A stretch of 64,000 bases of DNA from Tubulanus polymorphus. Its lineage: Eukaryota > Animalia > Nemertea. The translations under genes were made by a program, and so were the position numbers. Each line of letters opens with the position of its first letter. The stretch's first letter is position 1. The stretch is taken from positions 14,012,001-14,076,000 of the forward strand of contig NC_134025.1 in NCBI RefSeq assembly GCF_964204645.1, given 5' to 3'. Shown one piece after another: positions 9,660 through 21,915 of the stretch. The notes below the pieces were generated by a model. The model had not been told where the DNA came from, did not search any database, and was given only the letters and a program-made list of their open reading frames with translations.

Positions 9660-10418
9660 TTACTCTTTACATCTTATAACTAATTCATAAATTACAGGGA
9701 AATTATTTAAATCAATTAAGTATCCATTATGATTTCTAATTTCTAATCTAAAATTATTAAAACTAGGAATGCATGGTTTGAAATCACATTCTGTTAAATT
9801 ATAATTTATTTGCGTTCCAAATTCTTTAACATTTTTTAATGGTAAAATATTTAATATACTAGAATTACATGTTGTATCTTTAGTTGCTTCAAATGTTTTT
9901 GTTGGGTCAATTAAATTGCAATAAATATAAAAATGTGTAAAAGGTATTATATTTGAAATACCTTCTACGTTTACTGTAACAACATCTGGTTCAATTCCTA
10001 GCAATTTAGCTATAGGTTTTTTTACCATAAATGCATGTTGACTTTCATCAAATACCTTTATTTTAATTCTATTTGAGCTATCACTTTTTATAAATCTTAT
10101 TAAAAATTTATCATCTTTTCTAATTTTCAACCGTGCTCTACGATTAATTTCTTGAGATAATGTTTCTAAATTATATAATCCTGGTCTTAGAAATAGATGA
10201 AACCATTTATTTATATTTCTAATATGAATTAAAAAAGTATTATGTTCAATAGTTTTATTCGATATATTATAAAAAGAATTACATAAACTTATATTTACTA
10301 ATTTTAAATCTACACAATTCTTGAATTCTCTATCTAATTGTACTAATAAATTATGTGATTTATAATTTGTAAGTTTTCTAGAATCTACAAATATTCTGTA
10401 TTCTTTTAATTCCACCAT
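9660..10418 (-). CDS. Putative minor capsid (penton, single jelly-roll) protein
   Basis: IFVDSR, FYNIS, PGLYN, YIYCNLI, RLEIRNHNGYLIDLNN resemble Polinton/virophage penton patterns. Confidence 0.7.
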   Translation of the reverse strand: MVELKEYRIFVDSRKLTNYKSHNLLVQLDREFKNCVDLKLVNISLCNSFYNISNKTIEHNTFLIHIRNINKWFHLFLRPGLYNLETLSQEINRRARLKIRKDDKFLIRFIKSDSSNRIKIKVFDESQHAFMVKKPIAKLLGIEPDVVTVNVEGISNIIPFTHFYIYCNLIDPTKTFEATKDTTCNSSILNILPLKNVKEFGTQINYNLTECDFKPCIPSFNNFRLEIRNHNGYLIDLNNFPVIYELVIRCKE

Positions 10419-10435
10419 TTATTTTACATATTTTC

Positions 10436-10777
10436 TTATTCGAAATCTATTTCATGGTGCCCTTTTTCATTCTTACCTTTGTATACGAAATAGAAATCTC
10501 CAGAACATAATTCTTCTAGATCTTCACTTGATAATCTATGAAATCTATCTGGTAAATAAGTTCTGAATTTATATTTATTTCCTTTTAATCCTTCATATTC
10601 TAAATGAATTACTAATTTATCTCCATATTTGTTAGTAATTGTTTCAATGTTAGTAATTAAATATTTCTTGTGAATTGTTAACTCAGTTAGTTTTTTAAAT
10701 TTATAATCTACAGATTTGACGCTTGAAGTATCTTTAATTCTATCTAAGAATTCACTGTGTACTTGTTTACTCTCCAT
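10436..10777 (-). CDS. Small protein, possible OB-fold ssDNA-binding protein (113 aa)
   Basis: FKKL.EL...Y.I.....KYG.K..I.L...LPDRF pattern; adjacent to pPolB; function is inference. Confidence 0.55.
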   Translation of the reverse strand: MESKQVHSEFLDRIKDTSSVKSVDYKFKKLTELTIHKKYLITNIETITNKYGDKLVIHLEYEGLKGNKYKFRTYLPDRFHRLSSEDLEELCSGDFYFVYKGKNEKGHHEIDFE

Positions 10778-10805
10778 TTATTATACAAATTTTTATTGAA
10801 ATTGA

Positions 10806-13800
10806 TTAACACGTTAGAATCCTTTTCATAATCTCATTTTCTTTTGTTTCTTCTCTTTTGAATTTTATATATTCATCTAAATTGCAACCATAGGCGACTG
10901 TGTGGATTCCATCATCTAAAATATATCTTTTATCATCAAATGGGTTTAGACTTATCTTCTCTATCTCTTCAATATACATTTCATGATCTTCAGATCTTAA
11001 ACATTTCATCTTATGTTTTCTAACTTCTTCATTAAATATACAATTGATGTAATCTTTGAAATGAATATTCTTTTCAACAACGCTTTTGGTAATTCCTTTT
11101 AACATTTTAGCTTCATGTTCTTTAGTTTTATATGAATACATTTTAGATCTAATACCAATGAACTCTATCATTTCTTCACCACCTAATTCATCCTTAAACT
11201 TCCCAGGAACTTTTTTATTATCATTGGTAAACAATTCATGATTTTTTGGATAGTTACTGAAATCAAAATGGTGTTTTAATGTTTTTAAATCATCTGTTAT
11301 GTTATCAGTTTTTATCTTTAATATGTAAGAATCTGTATCAAAATATAAGATTTCTATGTGTTTTTCTCCAAAATGAGGTTGTAATATATTATAATAGAAT
11401 TCATACATTAGTAATTTTGATAATTCTAAAACTGCAGCTCCAACATAAATTGGTTTATTAAATTTCATAGAAGTTCTTTTTAATTTAACTGCTGCTAAAT
11501 TTTCATCGAATATTCTATTACCTATAAATTTCGGATACGATTGTAAATGTCTAATTCTTTTACCATTACTAACTAACTCAATATCATTTCTATTTCTTAT
11601 GTTTTCACATGTTTTTCCATAGAATGCATTATTCATTAACTTAAAAAAATCTTTTTCAAAATCAGTTTTAGATTTAGTTCTCTGTGTAGTATTAAAATCT
11701 ATATATTTTTCTAACCATTTAGATTGACTGAATGAAATATATCTATGTACTTTTTTTAATATCATTCCTTGTCTCAAATAAAACTTCAACATTCTATAAT
11801 GCACAACGTAATTATATTTATCTTCTTGAGTTACCATTAACTTTTCAGTATGAATATGATTATCAGGTTTAATTCTTTTTTGATAATTTGATAATTCTTC
11901 ATGTTTAACAGTTTTATGTTCAGGACAGTAAGCTAGATTTCTAGATTTAAATTTAATATGTTCAGGATATTCTAAATCTACAACAAAAAAGTAACCAGTA
12001 TCTGAATCATCTGCAATATCTAGAATTCTTTTCTTCCAATCAAATTTATCAATTTGTAAAACTTCAGTTATTTCAAACATCCCATAAGGTTGTGGTTCCA
12101 TCATTGCCCAACCATAAAGATTATTTGCATCTATGTTTAATAATTTATATCCAGGATTATCATTTACATTGAAATATCTATCACCCAATACACCTGAAAC
12201 ACCTCCTCTTATAGATTTTTCAAATAATAATAATTGATCTATATTTGTTAACAAATCCATTTTTATATCTGTAAATTTTAATCCACAATCCCATGTTAAT
12301 CCCGGTGATGAATAACAATGACAAGGATCAATATTGAAATATTTTAGGTTTACATCTCTAAACCTTTCGAATATATCGGTTAATAATAATACATCTGATT
12401 TTAAATATAAATCTACTAATTGTCCATGATTTTCTATTTTGAAATGATTCCAAATATTCAATGTTCTATTATAAACTTCATCTTTAACATATTCATTTTT
12501 TAATTCATCATAAAATTGTTCTTTTAATAATTCAGTTATTTTAAAATCATTATGCGATTTATAAAATGAATATGGAATTGCGCCTTTATATCTCATTAAT
12601 TGAAAATCATCATTATTTGGGTAATATTCTTTTAATATCTTTAATTCATCATCAACTAATGATTTTGATAAGTTATCTAATGAACTACTTAAAAATCTAT
12701 ATGAATCTATAAATCTTAAGCATCCAAATTGGAAAGATATATAATTCTCAGATGTTTTAGCTAACATTCTAAATTTATAAGTTGGTATTTTATCTTTTGA
12801 TCTATTTGAATTTAATATTTCTATTTCATTATTGATTTCTTCTATTTTATGACATAACTGTTTGATGAATAAATGCGCATCATATCCTGATAGGTTATGA
12901 AATATAACTGGTACAAAGTTAATTTTCTTAGCTTGTAAGTTACAATTCTCATGTGCAGCGCCTCTAAACTTTCCATTCAAATGATCATGGTCTCTTACTT
13001 TTTTATCTTTATAATTAAATATCTTTTCACAATAATAACATTTATCTGCAAACGCAAATACTTCTTTATCTTCTTCTGTCATAATTATTTCTTTATTTGT
13101 ATTCAATAATTTACTAAATCTTATTTCATATTCAATTAATAAGTCACAAAAATGATTGATAACATTTTCATTTCTATAATCATAATATTCACTTTCAATT
13201 AGTTCTGGATAATCAGATTTAATATATAACCCGAAAGCTGCAGCTGATTGATGAATCTTTTTAATAGTATTTGTTATTGGTGGTTCATCTGAATAATCAC
13301 TTTCATTAGAATTTAATTTCTTTCTTTTATAATATATATCTTTTCTATCTTTATCTGTTAATTCTTTATTTAATGATTCAAAATCTCCATATATTACAAA
13401 TGGTACTTTATTTTTGTAATCATATAATTTGAATTCTAATATTTTATCCTTTTCATTTGGTAAAACTAATTTACAATAATCATGATTATCACATAGTTGT
13501 TTATGATTTAATAATGTACTTTCATTACTAAATTTATGTAAACATTTTCTACATAGATATATTTTATTATGGTGATCACTTTCTGTTCTAAAAAATAAAT
13601 CTATTTGTTTAATCCACATATAATGATTCTCATAATATAGTATATCTATAACATCATTTGAATCATAATCTTTTGATAGGTATAAAGGTTCTAATGTATA
13701 ATGTTTAATATTATTTCCTTTTGTATTTGGTAATTTGATTAAATCAAATACATTTATCTTTATATTATTATCTCTTTCTATTTTTGGAATATTTTTAATT

Positions 13801-16800
13801 CTAACAGGATACTTATCTATCTTATAATTATTTTCAAATTGTTTATAATGAGTTAATCTAAAACTATGTTGTTTATAATCTTCAACTGGGTGTAAGCAAC
13901 TTATAATTGTCCATAGAAAACATTTATCATCTTCATTTTGTACATTTATTACAGCATTAGTTTTAAATGGTAGTTTAATATAACTTGATGCTTCAATATC
14001 TGGTTCTTTATAATATGATAAATTATTTTCATCAATTGGTTTTGATTTAGTTAACTTATAAAACTTCAGTTATTTCAAACATCCCATAAGGTTGTGGTTC
14101 CATCATTGCCCAACCATAAAGATTATTTGCATCTATGTTTAATAATTTATATCCAGGATTATCATTTACATTGAAATATCTATCACCCAATACACCTGAA
14201 ACACCTCCTCTTATAGATTTTTCAAATAATAATAATTGATCTATATTTGTTAACAAATCCATTTTTATATCTGTAAATTTTAATCCACAATCCCATGTTA
14301 ATCCCGGTGATGAATAACAATGACAAGGATCAATATTGAAATATTTTAGGTTTACATCTCTAAACCTTTCGAATATATCGGTTAATAATAATACATCTGA
14401 TTTTAAATATAAATCTACTAATTGTCCATGATTTTCTATTTTGAAATGATTCCAAATATTCAATGTTCTATTATAAACTTCATCTTTAACATATTCATTT
14501 TTTAATTCATCATAAAATTGTTCTTTTAATAATTCAGTTATTTTAAAATCATTATGCGATTTATAAAATGAATATGGAATTGCGCCTTTATATCTCATTA
14601 ATTGAAAATCATCATTATTTGGGTAATATTCTTTTAATATCTTTAATTCATCATCAACTAATGATTTTGATAAGTTATCTAATGAACTACTTAAAAATCT
14701 ATATGAATCTATAAATCTTAAGCATCCAAATTGGAAAGATATATAATTCTCAGATGTTTTAGCTAACATTCTAAATTTATAAGTTGGTATTTTATCTTTT
14801 GATCTATTTGAATTTAATATTTCTATTTCATTATTGATTTCTTCTATTTTATGACATAACTGTTTGATGAATAAATGCGCATCATATCCTGATAGGTTAT
14901 GAAATATAACTGGTACAAAGTTAATTTTCTTAGCTTGTAAGTTACAATTCTCATGTGCAGCGCCTCTAAACTTTCCATTCAAATGATCATGGTCTCTTAC
15001 TTTTTTATCTTTATAATTAAATATCTTTTCACAATAATAACATTTATCTGCAAACGCAAATACTTCTTTATCTTCTTCTGTCATAATTATTTCTTTATTT
15101 GTATTCAATAATTTACTAAATCTTATTTCATATTCAATTAATAAGTCACAAAAATGATTGATAACATTTTCATTTCTATAATCATAATATTCACTTTCAA
15201 TTAGTTCTGGATAATCAGATTTAATATATAACCCGAAAGCTGCAGCTGATTGATGAATCTTTTTAATAGTATTTGTTATTGGTGGTTCATCTGAATAATC
15301 ACTTTCATTAGAATTTAATTTCTTTCTTTTATAATATATATCTTTTCTATCTTTATCTGTTAATTCTTTATTTAATGATTCAAAATCTCCATATATTACA
15401 AATGGTACTTTATTTTTGTAATCATATAATTTGAATTCTAATATTTTATCCTTTTCATTTGGTAAAACTAATTTACAATAATCATGATTATCACATAGTT
15501 GTTTATGATTTAATAATGTACTTTCATTACTAAATTTATGTAAACATTTTCTACATAGATATATTTTATTATGGTGATCACTTTCTGTTCTAAAAAATAA
15601 ATCTATTTGTTTAATCCACATATAATGATTCTCATAATATAGTATATCTATAACATCATTTGAATCATAATCTTTTGATAGGTATAAAGGTTCTAATGTA
15701 TAATGTTTAATATTATTTCCTTTTGTATTTGGTAATTTGATTAAATCAAATACATTTATCTTTATATTATTATCTCTTTCTATTTTTGGAATATTTTTAA
15801 TTCTAACAGGATACTTATCTATCTTATAATTATTTTCAAATTGTTTATAATGAGTTAATCTAAAACTATGTTGTTTATAATCTTCAACTGGGTGTAAGCA
15901 ACTTATAATTGTCCATAGAAAACATTTATCATCTTCATTTTGTACATTTATTACAGCATTAGTTTTAAATGGTAGTTTAATATAACTTGATGCTTCAATA
16001 TCTGGTTCTTTATAATATGATAAATTATTTTCATCAATTGGTTTTGATTTAGTTAACTTATAAAACTTCAGTTATTTCAAACATCCCATAAGGTTGTGGT
16101 TCCATCATTGCCCAACCATAAAGATTATTTGCATCTATGTTTAATAATTTATATCCAGGATTATCATTTACATTGAAATATCTATCACCCAATACACCTG
16201 AAACACCTCCTCTTATAGATTTTTCAAATAATAATAATTGATCTATATTTGTTAACAAATCCATTTTTATATCTGTAAATTTTAATCCACAATCCCATGT
16301 TAATCCCGGTGATGAATAACAATGACAAGGATCAATATTGAAATATTTTAGGTTTTCATCTCTAAACCTTTCGAATATATCGGTTAATAATAATACATCT
16401 GATTTTAAATATAAATCTACTAATTGTCCATGATTTTCTATTTTGAAATGATTCCAAATATTCAATGTTCTATTATAAACTTCATCTTTAACATATTCAT
16501 TTTTTAATTCATCATAAAATTGTTCTTTTAATAATTCAGTTATTTTAAAATCATTATGCGATTTATAAAATGAATATGGAATTGCGCCTTTATATCTCAT
16601 TAATTGAAAATCATCATTATTTGGGTAATATTCTTTTAATATCTTTAATTCATCATCAACTAATGATTTTGATAAGTTATCTAATGAACTACTTAAAAAT
16701 CTATATGAATCTATAAATCTTAAGCATCCAAATTGGAAAGATATATAATTCTCAGATGTTTTAGCTAACATTCTAAATTTATAAGTTGGTATTTTATCTT

Positions 16801-19800
16801 TTGATCTATTTGAATTTAATATTTCTATTTCATTATTGATTTCTTCTATTTTATGACATAACTGTTTGATGAATAAATGCGCATCATATCCTGATAGGTT
16901 ATGAAATATAACTGGTACAAAGTTAATTTTCTTAGCTTGTAAGTTACAATTCTCATGTGCAGCGCCTCTAAACTTTCCATTCAAATGATCATGGTCTCTT
17001 ACTTTTTTATCTTTATAATTAAATATCTTTTCACAATAATAACATTTATCTGCAAACGCAAATACTTCTTTATCTTCTTCTGTCATAATTATTTCTTTAT
17101 TTGTATTCAATAATTTACTAAATCTTATTTCATATTCAATTAATAAGTCACAAAAATGATTGATAACATTTTCATTTCTATAATCATAATATTCACTTTC
17201 AATTAGTTCTGGATAATCAGATTTAATATATAACCCGAAAGCTGCAGCTGATTGATGAATCTTTTTAATAGTATTTGTTATTGGTGGTTCATCTGAATAA
17301 TCACTTTCATTAGAATTTAATTTCTTTCTTTTATAATATATATCTTTTCTATCTTTATCTGTTAATTCTTTATTTAATGATTCAAAATCTCCATATATTA
17401 CAAATGGTACTTTATTTTTGTAATCATATAATTTGAATTCTAATATTTTATCCTTTTCATTTGGTAAAACTAATTTACAATAATCATGATTATCACATAG
17501 TTGTTTATGATTTAATAATGTACTTTCATTACTAAATTTATGTAAACATTTTCTACATAGATATATTTTATTATGGTGATCACTTTCTGTTCTAAAAAAT
17601 AAATCTATTTGTTTAATCCACATATAATGATTCTCATAATATAGTATATCTATAACATCATTTGAATCATAATCTTTTGATAGGTATAAAGGTTCTAATG
17701 TATAATGTTTAATATTATTTCCTTTTGTATTTGGTAATTTGATTAAATCAAATACATTTATCTTTATATTATTATCTCTTTCTATTTTTGGAATATTTTT
17801 AATTCTAACAGGATACTTATCTATCTTATAATTATTTTCAAATTGTTTATAATGAGTTAATCTAAAACTATGTTGTTTATAATCTTCAACTGGGTGTAAG
17901 CAACTTATAATTGTCCATAGAAAACATTTATCATCTTCATTTTGTACATTTATTACAGCATTAGTTTTAAATGGTAGTTTAATATAACTTGATGCTTCAA
18001 TATCTGGTTCTTTATAATATGATAAATTATTTTCATCAATTGGTTTTGATTTAGTTAACTTATAAAACTTCAGTTATTTCAAACATCCCATAAGGTTGTG
18101 GTTCCATCATTGCCCAACCATAAAGATTATTTGCATCTATGTTTAATAATTTATATCCAGGATTATCATTTACATTGAAATATCTATCACCCAATACACC
18201 TGAAACACCTCCTCTTATAGATTTTTCAAATAATAATAATTGATCTATATTTGTTAACAAATCCATTTTTATATCTGTAAATTTTAATCCACAATCCCAT
18301 GTTAATCCCGGTGATGAATAACAATGACAAGGATCAATATTGAAATATTTTAGGTTTTCATCTCTAAACCTTTCGAATATATCGGTTAATAATAATACAT
18401 CTGATTTTAAATATAAATCTACTAATTGTCCATGATTTTCTATTTTGAAATGATTCCAAATATTCAATGTTCTATTATAAACTTCATCTTTAACATATTC
18501 ATTTTTTAATTCATCATAAAATTGTTCTTTTAATAATTCAGTTATTTTAAAATCATTATGCGATTTATAAAATGAATATGGAATTGCGCCTTTATATCTC
18601 ATTAATTGAAAATCATCATTATTTGGGTAATATTCTTTTAATATCTTTAATTCATCATCAACTAATGATTTTGATAAGTTATCTAATGAACTACTTAAAA
18701 ATCTATATGAATCTATAAATCTTAAGCATCCAAATTGGAAAGATATATAATTCTCAGATGTTTTAGCTAACATTCTAAATTTATAAGTTGGTATTTTATC
18801 TTTTGATCTATTTGAATTTAATATTTCTATTTCATTATTGATTTCTTCTATTTTATGACATAACTGTTTGATGAATAAATGCGCATCATATCCTGATAGG
18901 TTATGAAATATAACTGGTACAAAGTTAATTTTCTTAGCTTGTAAGTTACAATTCTCATGTGCAGCGCCTCTAAACTTTCCATTCAAATGATCATGGTCTC
19001 TTACTTTTTTATCTTTATAATTAAATATCTTTTCACAATAATAACATTTATCTGCAAACGCAAATACTTCTTTATCTTCTTCTGTCATAATTATTTCTTT
19101 ATTTGTATTCAATAATTTACTAAATCTTATTTCATATTCAATTAATAAGTCACAAAAATGATTGATAACATTTTCATTTCTATAATCATAATATTCACTT
19201 TCAATTAGTTCTGGATAATCAGATTTAATATATAACCCGAAAGCTGCAGCTGATTGATGAATCTTTTTGATAGTATTTGTTATTGGTGGTTCATCTGAAT
19301 AATCACTTTCATTAGAATTTAATTTCTTTCTTTTATAATATATATCTTTTCTATCTTTATCTGTTAATTCTTTATTTAATGATTCAAAATCTCCATATAT
19401 TACAAATGGTACTTTATTTTTGTAATCATATTTTTTGAATTCTAATATTTTATCCTTTTCATTTGGTAAAACTAATTTACAATAATCATGATTATCACAT
19501 AGTTGTTTATGATTTAATAATGTACTTTCATTACTAAATTTATGTAAACATTTTCTACATAGATATATTTTATTATGGTGATCACTTTCTGTTCTAAAAA
19601 ATAAATCTATTTGTTTAATCCACATATAATGATTCTCATAATATAGTATATCTATAACATCATTTGAATCATAATCTTTTGATAGGTATAAAGGTTCTAA
19701 TGTATAATGTTTAATATTATTTCCTTTTGTATTTGGTAATTTGATTAAATCAAATACATTTATCTTTATATTATTATCTCTTTCTATTTTTGGAATATTT

Positions 19801-20846
19801 TTAATTCTAACAGGATACTTATCTATCTTATAATTATTTTCAAATTGTTTATAATGAGTTAATCTAAAACTATGTTGTTTATAATCTTCAACTGGGTGTA
19901 AGCAACTTATAATTGTCCATAGAAAACATTTATCATCTTCATTTTGTACATTTATTACAGCATTAGTTTTAAATGGTAGTTTAATATAACTTGATGCTTC
20001 AATATCTGGTTCTTTATAATATGATAAATTATTTTCATCAATTGGTTTTGATTTAGTTAACTTATTATATTTTGTGTTATAAACATGTAAAGTTATAAAT
20101 ATTATCTCATCAAATATTAAACCAGATCCTTCAAAATATTTCTCTTCTATTTTAGTTTTTATTTCATTATAACATTTATTTAATTTATCATCTATATGTT
20201 GTTTAGATATAATATGTTGTGAATGAGAATTTATATTATATATTGGTTTATCTTCAGATTTTATAAACTTTACTTTAACTGATATACTAATTTTAGGATA
20301 TTCAACATCTGTAATTATTTTTATTATTTCTTTCATATTTTCTAAATGTTTTTTATTTTCTTCTATTGTTTTACTTTTATGAAATTTAAACTCGATAGCT
20401 GCTGGACCAATATCACTTTTAAATGCTTCGGTTATCTCTATATCTTTTTTATTATCTAATGAATTAATATAATTTCTTACATCTTCCATGTATGGTCTTT
20501 TATTGTTTAATTTATTTTTTATTCTTTTAATTGCGCTTTGTTTCTTATCGTTATCATTATCAAAATAATCTTCACCTATAATATCATTATTCTTATTTCT
20601 AATATGACTTATAGATTTTAAATGTTCTTTATAATATCTTTTATCACTGAATGATTGATTACATGTATCACATTCATATGTTTCTTTTTCATTCTTTAAT
20701 TCTTCTAATTTAGTTTCTAATATATCATCTTTATATTCTAGTTTCAATTTATTTTCTAAATGTGTTCTAGTTTTATTGTGTCTTGCTTTTTGGGATTTAT
20801 CTATATCGATATTACATGTTGGGCAGTAGTATTTATTTGCTTCCAT
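10806..20846 (-). pseudogene. polB: Protein-primed family B DNA polymerase (reconstructed 1344 aa) interrupted by tandem amplification
   Basis: Exo YGDFES/FHNLSGYD, motif A DANNLYG, B KLMNNAFYGK, C YFDTDS; N-terminal zinc fingers; EndoVII-like CYYC..RDHDH..G.FRG..H..CN insert; split into ORFs of 928, 521, 521 and 937 aa. Confidence 0.93.
12057..20065. repeat. Four tandem copies of a 2002-bp internal pPolB segment
   Basis: Junction GTTAACTTA-TAAAACTTC recurs at 14059, 16061 and 18063; each junction creates a TAA on the minus strand. Confidence 0.95.
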
Positions 20847-20926
20847 TTTAATACTATATTTTTTATTAAAATTGATTTTAGAAGTTCAATGATTTAAATG
20901 TTATTCATTTATGTGAATATTTTAAG

Positions 20927-21195
20927 AGTAATAGGGGTAATAGGCTTTCAAGCTGAAAGGTTGAACGGGCGGGTGAGTAAAAATGAAAAACATGAAAATA
21001 ATTACAATTTCTACTTGAATTAGGAGTGAAACTCATAAAAATGAAAAATAAATTCGAGCGTGTGAGAATTTATTTTTCATTTTTATGAGTTTCGCGAGTA
21101 ATTCAAGTAGAAATTGTTATTATTTTTATGTTTTTTCATTTTTTACGAGCTCGACCGTTCGACCTTTGGCTTGAAAGCCTATTACCCCTATTACT
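20927..21195 (+). repeat. Terminal imperfect palindrome (269 bp), right TIR tip of E1
   Basis: AGTAATAGGGGTAATAGGCTTTCAAG ... CTTGAAAGCCTATTACCCCTATTACT. Confidence 0.92.
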
Positions 21196-21410
21196 GACAT
21201 CTTTTAGATTAAAATGGAATACAGAGATCAACCAGAAATTCTAAGCCAACCAACGGATGAGGAACGATTGCTACTGGATAGTGAAACTCAGGAATCAATA
21301 GAAATGGAGGATGAAACTCTCGTAACGCACTGAAGGTCTTTGTAATATAGATATCAAAAAATGTAATCTCGATTGTATATATCTGTTTTAATATTGTATT
21401 GTTTACTGTT

Positions 21411-21750
21411 AACTGTGTATTGCGCAATAACCGGTCCGATTGGACCGCTTTTCTATTGTTCTCCATTGTTCTATTATTGATCGTTGTTAATGGCGGCGGT
21501 TGTTCTGTATTGATTGTTTACTGTTAACTAAGTATTGCGCAATAACCGGTCCGATTGGACCGCTTTTCTATTGTTCTCCATTGTTCTATTATTGATCGTT
21601 GTTGACGGAAACAGCTGCTCAATATTGATTGGTTACATTTCTATGTTTGAATGTTGTAGTTTACAGAATAAAAATATAACTGTGTATTGCGCAATAACCG
21701 GTCCGATTGAACCGCTTTTCTATTGTTCTCCATTGTTCTATTATCGATCG
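21411..21750. repeat. Three ~75-bp direct repeats with internal palindromes
   Basis: GTATTGCGCAATAACCGGTCCGATTGGACCGCTTTTCTATTGTTCTCCATTG near 21417, 21532 and 21684. Confidence 0.85.
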
Positions 21751-21846
21751 CTAAAATTTACATAATAAATATATGTGTTTATGAAATATTAATTCCACCA
21801 GTCGTTTCTTTGAATTTATTTTCAGTTTGAGGATTTATTATCGAGG

Positions 21847-21915
21847 ATCCGAAATGACTTATCTGGACAGTTATAGTTACTGCTCCTAATAGATAGACAA
21901 TAGTAGTGAGATATT
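21847..21915. other. Conserved noncoding motif (also 44870-44936 inverted and 53582-53675)
   Basis: ATCCGAAATGACTTATCTGGACA-hairpin-CTCC..TAGATAGACAA.AGTAGTGAGATATT. Confidence 0.7.

Larger units (their letters stand above)
1..21195. mobile_element. Polinton/Maverick (adintovirus-like) element E1; left end outside window
   Basis: Retroviral-type integrase, A32-like ATPase, capsid-like genes and protein-primed PolB together; right end ...CCCCTATTACT at 21195, shared with E2 and E3 termini. Confidence 0.93.

Noticed and set aside
14056-17623. Two separate 521-aa polymerase genes
   Set aside because: By-products of the tandem amplification; internal Met start and junction-created stops
21411-21750. 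CRISPR-like repeat-spacer array
   Set aside because: Only three ~75-bp repeats with unequal, partly related spacers; eukaryotic context; no cas genes
21847-21915. Hammerhead ribozyme
   Set aside because: No CUGANGA plus GAAA core in the correct arrangement on either strand
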